From contig OZ037769.1 of NCBI GenBank assembly GCA_964035545.1, positions 2,914,001 to 2,978,000 of the forward strand: DNA of 64,000 bases, read 5' to 3'. This document shows positions 12,364-25,300 of the stretch, piece after piece. The notes below the pieces were generated by a model. That model did not search any database, was not told where the DNA came from, and saw only the letters and a list, made by a program, of their open reading frames with translations. Origin of the DNA: Bugula neritina. Taxonomy: Eukaryota > Animalia > Bryozoa. Both the position numbers and the translations under genes were made by a program. Numbering within the stretch: the stretch's first letter is position 1; the number at the start of each line of letters is the position of its first letter.

Positions 12364-15300
12364 TCATACTTTTAGGCAATTGATATTAAAACCATTACCT
12401 TTATATTGATTAGCAAGAAACAGCAATCTATGCTTTTTAACAAGAGCTGCATTGACCTCTAGTTCATAGAAAGAGCAAAGATTAGTTACGATTGTGTCTT
12501 GGAGATACTTGCTGGGATCTGACATGATCAGCTCCTCCAGAACCAGGGTGGCTGTCTTTACCTGCTCACTATACAGCATACTAGCGGCAGCGTTGTTTTT
12601 AGCCTGCATGAGAAAATGTACAACAGAATATATTATATTGAAATGTTAACACCAAGTAAAATATACTTTTTGTTTTCCTAATGCAATGAAGAATGCAGTC
12701 AATACTTGAAATTCGGAGTTGTTTTATCTTTTAAGAGTTTAATATTTCAAAGAAAGACAACTCCTTCAAAATAATGCAGATAGTTATAAATCTGCAACAG
12801 CATAATTAAGGGCTGGAATGAACAATTAGGTAACATATGAACACAGTATTCATCCAATAAACTTCCATCAAGTTGGTAATAGAAGCAATACAGTTTCTAG
12901 CAATCACACATTATAAATATTTATATTAAATTAAAAACAATTTTGTCACTCATGCTTTTCCCATTCAGCATCCAATATTTACAAGCAAATAGTTTATTAT
13001 TCACACATGAAATGCACACTGCAAGGCGAGGCACAAGCCCTAGCTAGAACCAAAAGCTACAGGGGCTGTTGTATACTCACTAGAGTTGTTAGTAAAGGAT
13101 GTGTTGCAGCTTTAGCAAAGAGAGCGGGAGCTTGACCATAGTTACCACTGCATACGTTCAGATAGCCACTGCAATAAATATCACAACGTTGATATCTTCA
13201 CTGCACAGTTAGAAATAAGAATTACCAAATAATATGAATCGTAATTTACTAAATACTACATCAAAATATACTTGTAAACAAATCTTGAAAAAAATTAAAT
13301 GAAATGAATAGTCAGAGTAGACACATTAGTAGTGGGATACATTATGTATTAGCAACACATGAAGAAAATAAAATCGGCTGAATAAGAGCTCAATGGGAAG
13401 TCTAATACTCATAATATATATATTTATTATTTGTAATATATCTTTATGTTACTTATAACATAAAGGTATGAGCTACAATATCGATACATATATTACCTAT
13501 ATTATAAATAAACATTACCTGTGTAGCAATGAAAGACCAGCTTTTAGTTCTTCATCTTTACACGCATTTACTGATAGTTCAAAATACTTCTCTGCACACT
13601 TTAATGCTCCCATCTGAAGCACACAATATACTACATGAGACTAACAATATAATATACAGAACACCTCATGTATACAGGTACATTGGTATATAAATATATA
13701 TGTATATAAATATATTACCAGGTATATAAGTGTGTATAGCACAGAAGATAAACCAAATAAGATATTGAATAGCACAGTTCATCATTACAAAGCAAGTGTG
13801 AGCAGTAGTTTCAGCTTCCTTATAATATAAATAAATAATAATATACAATATATATAATATAAATAGTACTATCAGTACTACCAGCTGTATGCTGTATGTA
13901 TGGGTATATAAAGACAAAGTTCACAACTAGAATAGTATAGGAAGGAGAAGAAGAGTACCCGCCCAGATTGGTTAACTTCAGGGCTATATTCTGCTACAGA
14001 ACCTAGTCTACCAACACTACACTCACCAGCAAACACACTCGGGCGAGAGTGCTGTATGTGAAGCAGGCATTGTCCGCATCTTTCACCAATATTTCTTCAT
14101 ACATTTTAGTAGCTAGCCTGAACTCCCTCATATCTGTGAGACCAGAAGCTAGGGCGTACATTACCTGTAACTCTCTTTGTCTCCATAGCGACAATGAAGC
14201 TAAATATAACATGTATAATATATTAAAATTAACATCTTATAAACTAGACAGAAGACATCAAAGTGTTTATATTACGGCTTACACTCTAAGATAGTAATTC
14301 TTTGAAAAAATAAAAATACTTGAAAAATAATCAGAATATTTATAATTGTTTTTATATTATTCTACTATTATAAACTCACATGAGTTTATAATAATATATT
14401 ACAAATACTTTAATGTCCGTAGTCTAGTTCATAAGTTTAAAAATTAGACTGAACACATCAAAGTGTATTTAGGCCAGTGATTCTTTGTGCGAATGAAGTC
14501 AAAGAAAAGATGACCAAAATATTAATAATTTATAGTTATAGTATTCTACTACTACGTAACTAGTTATCTATACAATCAGTTACTGCAGGTATGTAATACC
14601 TGCTCGACTAGCTTCTGATATGACAGTGGCACCTCCATCTTCACAACCCCCGCTCTGTAGGTTGTGTAGAATTTTAGTTACTTGCTCTCTGATATAGAAC
14701 AGTCTGTCTAGCGATTCATTGTGTCGGCCCAAGAACTGTGGCAAGCAGGCGTAGAGCAGACGTAAACTAAAGGGCACCATACTACCTGCAAACCATTCAA
14801 AAGAGTGAAAGATTGTGACTAACAGAAAATAACCAAAATAAACGTAAATATGTGATTGTAACTGGTGTTATAAATGATTATGTAAATAGTAGATTAATAT
14901 AGATGTTTCAATGGTTAGACATTAACATTTTAAAACTCTCAACACACAAAATACGTGGTAATTAGAAGCTACAAAAACAGATTTGAAGCGGATTGCAAGT
15001 AGCTACAACCAAATGAACATTAAACCTGATGAGTATGTGAGTGTGTAATGAGTAATGAGTAACGCATAAATCACACGGCTTGGTAACTACTGCGTAATGC
15101 TAAGTGTAGAGTCACATGACGTAGTCACGTGACATCACTGACCGTTGCGTCCAGGGTAGAGCTGGTGGTGGAACTCAAAGTGGAGTTCAGGACTGTCCAT
15201 GTGAGAGAACTGTTGGCACTCGGCCTCTGCAATGCTATACATTCTCAACTTTGTGAGGAGGGACACCCTTACCGCCCATACCTGCAATATAGTGTGCAGG

Positions 15301-18300
15301 AATACTGGCTAAGTTACATACTCAGAGTACATACATTATTGTAAACATAAATTACTGTAGACTAAAGATAGTACATGTATATAGACAAGTCAGTTGTGTG
15401 TAGATTCAGGAGGACAACAAACTGTAGCTCGAACTAAGTACGGGTCAACTACAAATATTTATTGAACAACAGCTATAAGAAAAACAATTTTCTATGATTA
15501 TTAGTTTAGAATAAGTTGAAATAGAGGCTTTTCACAAGTCCCTCTATAGTCTTTTGTATTTTGAAGTTGTTTCCTCTCAGATGGGCCTCTTGAGAAAAAT
15601 TAACTTCAAAGCATGTTTGTGGTTTTGGTTACTGCATGAGCAAGCTGAATTGGCAACTATGATACAAGTCCCATTAATCATTTGTTATGCTGGCTGTCGT
15701 GTTCAATTTGTAGCTGTTAACCTTTCAACTCTTTGGTCTGCTGTTAACACAGTCTTCGAGCACTGCTAGGGAATGAGACAGCAGATTAGCTGTGTTAGAA
15801 TTTTCAATTAACTATACTTACACACTTATACTATGAGAATAGCTAGACTACCTCAACGTCCATCATTTTCACAAAAAGCATTCTCACAAAACTATAGATA
15901 TATATTAAATAGACAGATTAAATTTGTAGTATCAAACGAATTTGAAATGTATTTAATTTATACTACTGCAAATGTTCACATTTGCATAAAGCATAGCAAT
16001 TAATATGATTATAGCTTTGATGACCGGAGTTTTTTGTTCGGAATTGCTAAGTTTACCGGCAGAGATTGCAATTGGACTTTTTTGTAAAAGGAATTGTTAA
16101 TTGAAAGCTTTCCTAGTGGGATTGGCCATATACCTAATCACTATGCTAATTCATCCTAGGAGAGATGCTAATTGTAATCTCTTCTAGTAGGATCTGTAAT
16201 TATCCTAGTAACTATGCTAATTCATCTTAGGAGAGGTGCCAATTGGAAATACAACTAGGAGAATAACCAATTATACTATAATTGGAGTTGCTTCCCCCAC
16301 AGCAGTATATAACACTGTTATACTACAAGGAAAGTTACATCATAGTAGTCAGTACAGGAAGTAATTACCTTCATGGAAGACTCTGATATAACTGACTCCA
16401 TAGAGTTTCCTACGGGCTGTAAGCCTTGGTTCATATTTGTTAGTAATATGACAGTGAGGTCCAAGGCAGACCTCCAGCATTCGGCTTTCTACGACGAAAA
16501 TAACATACGGAATTATCTGCTCTCTACACATATAACATAGAGTTATCTCCTCAACACATTTACTGCTCTTCACAATAATATTGCGACTATGCATATAGTA
16601 TTTGCATGCAGTTACTCGCTACAAGTAAATTCACCAGGAGTTTTCTACTCACTATTAACTGCTGCAATCCCGACATATTTTGCTCAACGTTGTTCAGGTT
16701 CAGAGCTTGTTTCTTCTGACTCTCAACTTCTCCCCTCAGTTTGAATGTTTCTTGGTAGACAGGGTCGGCCTGCAAATCATCGGCAAAAAGATGCAACAAA
16801 TTTAGGGTGGAGTTACAGTGCATTGTGCGTGTATAACATTTATGTCACAAACCTGGGTATCCGCCATAGCCAGCCTGGGTTTCAGCACCTTGTCGGAAGG
16901 AAGGTGAAATTTACCGCCGGTGGCCAAAGCTTGCACAAGAAAGCGACGAGTGGTTTCGGTTGGTATCCACGCGTCAAACATGCGGTTGGTTTCTGCTGGT
17001 GACACATCGCTAACAGTTACTAACCAAAGAGATGAAACCAAGTTTTTGATGACAAAAAATGTGTAATAAATATAGAATTTTTTCTTACAAAGTCATTAAA
17101 TAAAACCAATTGGTTTATATAATGAAATAACAAAAATGAATATCATTTCATTATGAGCAAATAGATTATCAATGCCTTATCCATCAGGTCTAAAAAATAA
17201 CGGCAAAGCAAAACCTCGTTGATTTCATGCAAAGGTAACTCGTTACTATTCTAATAGACAGATACAACTTGCCACGTTTACATTCAGTACGCAACATCTT
17301 TCATTTATCAAGAAAGTACTGCTTTGAGGGACAGGACACTTAGGGAGTAGCTACAAGACAAGACAATCATATTAATTCAACCAATTAACCCCGTACCTGA
17401 TACGTCATGCACACTAGGTGGGTTTTGATTGCTCAGCTCGCTGTTGAAGATTGAGCTTTGTTCCTGGGACTCTCCAATAGATGGCACTGCAGGTGCTGGG
17501 TGAGCAGGTGCTGGGTGAGCAGGTGCTAGATGCAGTATACAGTATAAGAACACATACAATCTTTTAGCACCCATCTATGCCTCACCTTCGTGCTGATATG
17601 TATAATCAGTTACTACACTACTACAAGGATATATACTTTTGAGCTGTTAATTTTAGTAAAAAAGGCAAAGGTTTTCTAAATAGAATGTTCTTGTCAAAGA
17701 AGCAAAACAATTTTTTCAGTTTGTTCAATGAAAACAGTTGTAAATGCTGCATCACATAAGACCTAGTAGTATGTTTATACATGCATATTTTATAAATTTC
17801 AGAAACTAAACTCTAAGCATAGATGAGTGCTTCAACTAGACATGTGACAAATCTGGGGAAACGGTAGTACGAAACTTGCAAAAACAGTATGCACCCACAA
17901 CCAGAACATGAATTAAACGTCTTAATGCTACACTAAAAGTAATTGTATATTTCTTTTGTCTGGCATATAGAGCTTTCAGACTTAATTTCGAGTCATAAAA
18001 TTCAAGTCTCACAGATAGTTACAGGAAATTACAACTTCCTTTTTATTGAGTGCTTCCAACAAACACTGTGTACCAACAATATACTGCTATACAGAACTAA
18101 TATACTGTTATACAGAACTAATATACTGCTATACAGAACTAATATACTGTTCTACAGAACTGATATACTGTTATACAGGACTAATATAATGTTATACAGA
18201 ACTAATATACTGTTATACAGAACTAATATACTGTTATACAGAACTAATATACTGTTATACAGAACTAATATACTGTTATACAGAACTAATATACTGCTAT

Positions 18301-18824
18301 ACAGAAATAATATACTGCTATACAAAACCAATATAATGTTACACAAAACCAATTAATTCCAAACCGAAACCAAATCTGCTGTAGATACCTGAAGTGGACC
18401 TCTCTTTTGTAGACTCAGTTACGATAGAACCAAAAGGGTCATCTTCAACAGCTTGATTAAAATAACTTGAGATGTTAGGGGTAGATGCAGTGCAAGACGT
18501 GTCTTCAGTTAGTCCTGGGGCTAAAAAGCAGTCAGTACCACTAACAACAGTTCACTTTATTTCATGAGCAGATTACTTAAATAAACATTGCTTCAATTCT
18601 GAAATAATGTAAATGATTTAGAACGTTTTAGAAGCAGTCACCTGTTTTGCAAGCCATCACTATATTAATCTCTTGCATAAGCAGGTTGGGGTCTCAGCAG
18701 AACTCTAGGCTATGCTATCACAAGATTAATACTTACCCATCGATTTATTGGCTGTTGATTCTGTATCCAGCTCTTTTGACTCAGCTGTTTCCACTTGTGA
18801 GCTTTCTACTTGATCATCCATCAT
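12364..18824 (-). CDS. TRAPPC12: Trafficking protein particle complex subunit 12 (TTC15/TRAMM), about 12 exons
   Basis: Phase-consistent exons from MMDDQVESSQ (18824): CWRSALDLT, VWAVRVSLLTKLRMYSIAEAE..FEFHHQLYPGRNG|SMVPFSLRLLYACLPQFLG..ESLDRL, and the C-terminal NNAAASMLY...NLCSFYELE...NCLKV*. Confidence 0.9.
18076..18353. repeat. 21-bp minisatellite, about 13 copies, in a TRAPPC12 intron about 35 nt from the donor
   Basis: Unit AATATACTGTTATACAGAACT. Confidence 0.95.
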
Positions 18825-19987
18825 TCAGAGAATACTCTATCACACAGACACGTACTCATATTGATATTGATATTATCATTTATGTATTATTATATTCTTT
18901 AAATTCACTTTTTCCTTCAGACTTGATAGCAATCACAGCGAATATATCTATCGTTTAGCTACATGTTAGTTGTTTCTACTACAAAGCAATAAACTAAAGT
19001 AATTATTAATTCTTATATTTATTCAACACAACAGTAAATGTAATACTAATACTCAGTAATACTAATAGTAATGCTAATAGTAATAGTAATAGTAAACTAA
19101 TACTAATAGTAACATTAATAATAATTTTAATAAAATAACCGTAATTATGATCACAATGACGATGATTGATGATTATGATAATGTTTTACTTTAGTTTATA
19201 GTTAATGTTATACTTATACTGTTATAGTTAATGTTATAGCCTTGTAGTAATTCAAATTAAAATTGGCTAATGCTAATAGTAATACTAATAGTTATAGTAA
19301 TAGTAGCCTAATTGCTTCAACTTCAAGTTCAGTTCAAGTTCAACCTTGTCCTTAGAAATATAATTGATATTTGTAATACTTGGACTGACATTTTACAGTT
19401 ACAATTACTACAATAACAATTATATTCCTTATTAAATAGTAATACTAAGTACAATAGTAATATAGTTATACTGGTGCTTATAATATTTAATTTGAAGTTA
19501 TTAATCACTGACTCAGTTGGTGTTATATTCTGTAATTACAAACGTATAATGTAAGGAATTAAAGTTGGCCGTTACAAATATGAATTGCAGTTCTTCAGAA
19601 GTAGAACAAACTCGAATTGCTAATTAGTATTTTAGTAGTGTAGTTCGAAGTAAACCGGGCGAAGAAATTCAGAGCCCAGTCTAATATATGTTTCAATAGC
19701 ATGTAAATAGTATTGTAAAATTGTTGTTGACACTATCTTATATGTAGTTCAGATATAATACAACGATAGTTTTGTCGATGCTTTACTAACACACGATATT
19801 TGGCATTGAAGGAAGCAAAATGATTCCATAGTTGGAATTTCCCATTAGCCATTGCGGTGCAGTCTCAAGCATTTTTATCTTTGATTTTCATTCAGCTATC
19901 TACAAAAGTTATGTAGAACGGTTTGTTCTATGTCATTTATTGAATGAAAAAAAGTTATTCGAATGACTGAATAAAATTGCTGTGACT

Positions 19988-21841
19988 ATGGCAATGTCAG
20001 ACCTGTTTGGAGGTGCCATCACAGCTTGTTTACCCAACTCTCGCGTTGACATGAGGTAATACTTATACTAGGCATATAACATTAACTAGTATAACTATAA
20101 GTATAAGTTATACTTATAGTTATACTAGTTATAGTTATACTTTTTAGTTATATTAATTACTATTAAACTTAGTAATAAGAATAATTAATGTTGACAATTT
20201 AAATTATAATCATAATAATTATTATTGATAATATTCAACCATGAAATCAATATTATCATTCTGATACTCAATCTCATACTGATTCCTCTGGCTTTATGGC
20301 TGCTGATGCTGTTTTTAAAAGAGAATTTATGCACTTTATACACATGTATGATGTATATTAACATTCCCAGGCATAATTAATTATGATATCCAAATGATTT
20401 AGTGATTTACGACAAATACCAGACAATCAGGAAGTTTTTGGCCACAGCTCCACAGACCAAAGCATTGTAATTGAAATAATGGAGTATACTCAAGCTGAAG
20501 ATGACGTACAAGCTATCAGGTACATTTGTATAACAGTATAAAATTATATTCTTTTAATTTTATACTAACTTAAACTTTTGTCTGTTGGCAACCTTACTCC
20601 TATAGTCTGTAGTACTCAGATGAAGTCGGTGTCAATTTAGGGGAATACTATACTGGTTGCTATGTAAAATATATCAGGATAATTTCTAAAAACTACAGCA
20701 TTCGTAGGTGTTTATAGTCACTGGCCCCTCCTCCTTGGAGGTCAGAAGTTGATGTTAGTTATGCCAATTTACACAGACAATTGTAAATTGTTGAAAACAC
20801 TTACTTATGTTTGTTATGTAAATGCTGACGTTCACATTTTGACTATTTAGCTATTTTTACTTCTGTACTTTTTACCAGTTATGTCCTCAATTTACACTCC
20901 ATCATGTTTAGTTGATAATTGATTGTTATTATGTAGTTGTAGTGCCAATATAGCTTAGCCTAATAAGTAAACTCTTATTATTTTAAAAGGGGAGAAGATA
21001 AAAATCACATTCTGTTTGACTCTACTTATAAAACGAGCAAATGATATTTTATTAATTGTTAGAGTATAGCTATTTGTTTGTTCTAGTGTAGTAGTTGTAA
21101 CACATCACTCTTTGTAGAGCTTACTTTGAAGATCTAGCCGAATCTAATGCAGCTCAGTTTGATGCTACTACTCTATCATACGACTGTTTGGATTTGTCTT
21201 CTCTCTCTGCTGCACAGTATGTATTATATAATTAACATATAGAACATATTCTACAAGTGCACATTACTCCCACTTTGCTTAGTGATCTACTTGTAAACTA
21301 TAGATGCAAGAGTTGTCAGATGGTGACCGGCGTACAGAACGTGTACAAGTTCAAGGATGTCGAGGCTAACGTTGTGGAGATTCACATGGCTCTATTGAGA
21401 CTGCCACAGTTTACTACTGATATACTCATTACCTTCAACAACACTCTTCACATCAGGTTGTTTTTCTTGTTGCCTTGGTGATTTATTACAGTCTTTCAAT
21501 TAGTTATTAGTTGTACACATTCAAACATTTCTGTCATTAAATGATATATTATAATATGCAATATGTAATGGTATATGTCATAGTAACACTCATTATTTTA
21601 ATTAGTTATTGCAATGTGCTGTTCATTAATGTCATTTCTGCAGTGAACTTATATTATTTAATTATTATATTATTATTTCTACAGTGAATAATAGTATATT
21701 ATAGTATTAATTATATTCTGCAGTGAAGGAAGCAGCAGTCAGTTAGCTGAGTCATCCTCCAGTCAAGCTGCTTGGACTCGTCAAGATTTCGTAGCCCTAG
21801 TCCAGTCATTAGTCATAGTCAATGAGTCATTATTCGGATGA
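19988..21841 (+). CDS. RANGRF: Ran guanine nucleotide release factor (MOG1), 5 exons
   Basis: MAMSDLFGGAITACLP..DMS|DLRQIPDNQEVF..TDQSIVIEIME; YFEDLAESN; ALLRLPQFTTDILITFN. Ends SLVIVNESLFG* (TGA 21839-21841). Confidence 0.92.
20083..20131. repeat. Perfect palindrome, 24-bp arms with 1-nt spacer, in RANGRF intron 1
   Basis: TAACTAGTATAACTATAAGTATAA-G-TTATACTTATAGTTATACTAGTTA. Confidence 0.9.
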
Positions 21842-22378
21842 GCAACTCAACTAATGCTGAGAATTCATGTATGTCAGCTGAAGATTTTTTTCATTGTTTT
21901 GTTTAATATTTTTATTTTCAGTAAAGGCGTTCAATTCTGGAATTTATATAAAATTTTAGTTTCATTTGGTTCTTATACTTGTCAGCCTGGAATTTCGATA
22001 TTTTGTAAATAAATGTTAATTAACTCATGATCCCGAAATGTGCATATATTTAATTTGGTGTAAAAATTAATGAGATTACAATATATATCTGCAATTTTTT
22101 TAAATCTACAAAAGGTTTTTGGCCTGATAACCGTAAATTGCTCAAAAAACAGACATACAAAACAAGACAACTCTTAAAAGTCAACTTCAGCATTTACACT
22201 TTTTAAAACCTTAATGAATAAATTTTTCACTACATGTACATTAGTTGTCTTGTATAAAGCACATAAAATAAAACTTTTGAAATCAATGAACATGCTGAAA
22301 AAAGACTAATTAATGAAAATTCATACAAAATAATGAAAATATCAGTTTGTGTGGGGAATGCAACTCTAATAACGTCGT

Positions 22379-25300
22379 TCACTTGTTAGTGTAACTATCT
22401 AAATGTTGACCATAAAATTTGGTAGTTATGTCCCTTACAGGCATGTAATTCTGAGTGAGAAATAGATTGGAGACATTAGATGCTTGAGAAGCTCTACCTT
22501 TGGCAGAGTTTGGTAAAGGTGGTTCCAGTTTCTTCGTTTTCTGACTAAAACAAAGCCAGCCACAGGGCAACATTATTATATAGACACAATAAGTTACAGT
22601 GATTTCTGCAGTTGAAGTGCAATTCTAATGATATTAATTACATTTTCAGACAAGAGGTCCTTAGCCCCATGAGCAGGTTAAATAATAATTTCAAAACAAA
22701 TTTTGGCCACAAACAAACATTGTCATCTGATTTCCTACCTGCATGCAAGAATATATAACGTTTTCTCGGATTATTATTATAAACTCGATTTTTAATCATG
22801 ATCGTCATTGTTTAATAAATTTTAGAAACGAACTATCAACTAAGCAATTTATAAAAAAGTACTTGGTGAATACAAACAAACCTCTTTTTCATAGATACGG
22901 GGTTAGTGTATGCTATTTGACCAGTTTGTATGATGCCAGCCTCAACTGCAGATGGCCTGTGAGCAAACTCCCAGTCTAATCTTTTATTTTTTGCAATGCA
23001 TTGTGGGCATTGTAATTCTCCTTTAGCTACATTAAAACAAAATATATTTGTACAACACAAACGTCTAATATTTCATCTGCACATTGAGAAAGGTTTATGT
23101 TTACAGCTTTCATCAACAATAAAAAGTGTAAGTATGGTACTTGAAAAAAGTAATTACAAATAAAAATAATTCATCACAATACAAACCACCAAAATACAGG
23201 AACATATTATTAGACAAAGTGCCTTTTATAGTTTTTTATTCAGTTTATGCTTAGGTTAGAAAAGTTTCCACTGACCTGCTTTTTCTAGTTTGACGGGGGC
23301 ACCATGACGCCTCCCACTTTGTATAGGAGTCTCATTCTTTTCATTCAGGACACTAAGGCTACCATTATGTTGGACGTAGCAGTTGAAACATTCAGCATGA
23401 CCTTTCTCAGCCGCGCAATGACCCACTGTGTTGCCACAGCCTACAGATATGCATGTATTCTATTGCCAAATGAATATATTCAACCTTATAATAGTATATA
23501 TAAAACAAAATATGTTATATTTGTCCAATCAGTTGCTTGAATACGTTCTTTTGGAAATGCTAAAGTTTAAAAGAGATTTGTTAAGCTGCTTTATTTGTTT
23601 CTCTCCTGCTACTACCACAACTCAATAATTATAATAATCATAATATACATTGCATGTGATTTTTAAATTAGATTTTTCATTAGTTTAATATTTGACATGT
23701 AAAGCTTGAATTTCATTAAAACATATAAATATTTTCTTGATATTAACTATAACTCCATATTTACTAACTCCATGCTCAGCTACGTACCATCGGCAGCATT
23801 TGGGTTGACACCTTTCTCCAGCAGCCAATGGAGACACTTGGTAGAACCATTCTGTGCTGCCTAAATCACAATTTCAGCAAAGTGTATGTATATGACTCTG
23901 CAGAAAACTCTATACAACTGAATTTAATTGCCATGATTAACCTGTTGAACATAATTATGCTTATAGTTGAGTATTCTAGAATTTGCAAATCTATTCCTTA
24001 TATTATAATACAGAGTTGTCAAAAGACAAGATATGTTTAAATAAATTGTTGTTTATAGCCATTTATAGAATAACTTATATAATTAGACTGACAGCAAATA
24101 AATACAGATGCATGGAATAATCTAGAAAGCCTTCAACATTTCCTGATGCAAATAACTTTTAGCACTATGCTATGTATGCATATAATTTTTCTACTTTTAT
24201 TATTAGTGAAGACGTTAAATATTGGTAATCAGTGACATAGAAAGCAACACAATATACCTGTATTATAACCACAGTAATATTCAACATGATTTACCTATAT
24301 AACAGGGGTGGGCAACTTACTTTGCATGAGGGCCAAGTTCAGCAGTCAGCCAAAATGAAGGGCATCATGATTGTACAAATAATACACTTTGTTATAATAA
24401 AATAATTTGTTACTAAACCTATACTGTGCTAATCAGAATACCTATCACAGTTTTTATTTGTTTTAGACATTAAAAGGGCCACTGAAAATGGACAAAGGGC
24501 CACTGAAAATGGGCAAAGGGCCACAGGTGGCCCTGGGGCTTCCAGTTTCCCACCCCTGCTATATAACATATATTCACTGCTTCATAATTACCTACCAAAT
24601 GTGCAAATGTCTTCCCTTCACCTTGAGTCATGTCTAAAGTGCAGCCCTGTTTCACAAGGAATCTAAGGCAGTCTATCTTGTCAGCCTTAGAGGCTAGATG
24701 AGCTGGCACACAGCCACTGTTGTCTCCTATATCTATGTCACAGTTCCTCTCCACCAACACGATTAGAGATTCCAAGGCTAAATGAAACATTTACATGTAT
24801 TTTAATGTACTATATCTTTTAATCTCTATTTAAACTAATAAGCATGCATCACTTCATCAGGGCATTACAATTTGAATCCGTTCATAGAAAGAACCATTGC
24901 ACTTCCAAAACCTTAATGCCATTTTTAAAGAAAAAAGATTATTAATATCAACTGATCAACTAACAAACTATAGCATATTCTATAATATTCTATAGAATAG
25001 AACATAGAAATTTAGCAGCTCCATTTTATCAGCACTGCACTAACTACTCACTATTATTGCGCACTAATTTGTAGAAATGTTATGCAATATAACCCAGCTG
25101 ATAAGAGCTATTTGAATTTTAACATATTATCATATAATACTGTATTATAATATGCTTTCTTAGATATAATAACATTGTATATGCAGTATATTATATTACA
25201 GTATTATAATACAGGGTTATGCTAAAGTAAAACTTACATCCATGCTGAGCTGCATAGTGTAAGGGTTGTTTCCCCTGGAAGCACTGAGCTTCCAGGTTAA

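Noticed and set aside
15549-15770. Extra TRAPPC12 exon
   Set aside because: All three minus-strand frames after the candidate AG hit stops, and the flanking exons already join in frame (SSMK|VWAVR).
16080-16290. Degenerate CTATGCTAATTCATCCTAGGAGAG duplication as a transposon
   Set aside because: No terminal inverted repeats or target-site duplication could be established by eye.
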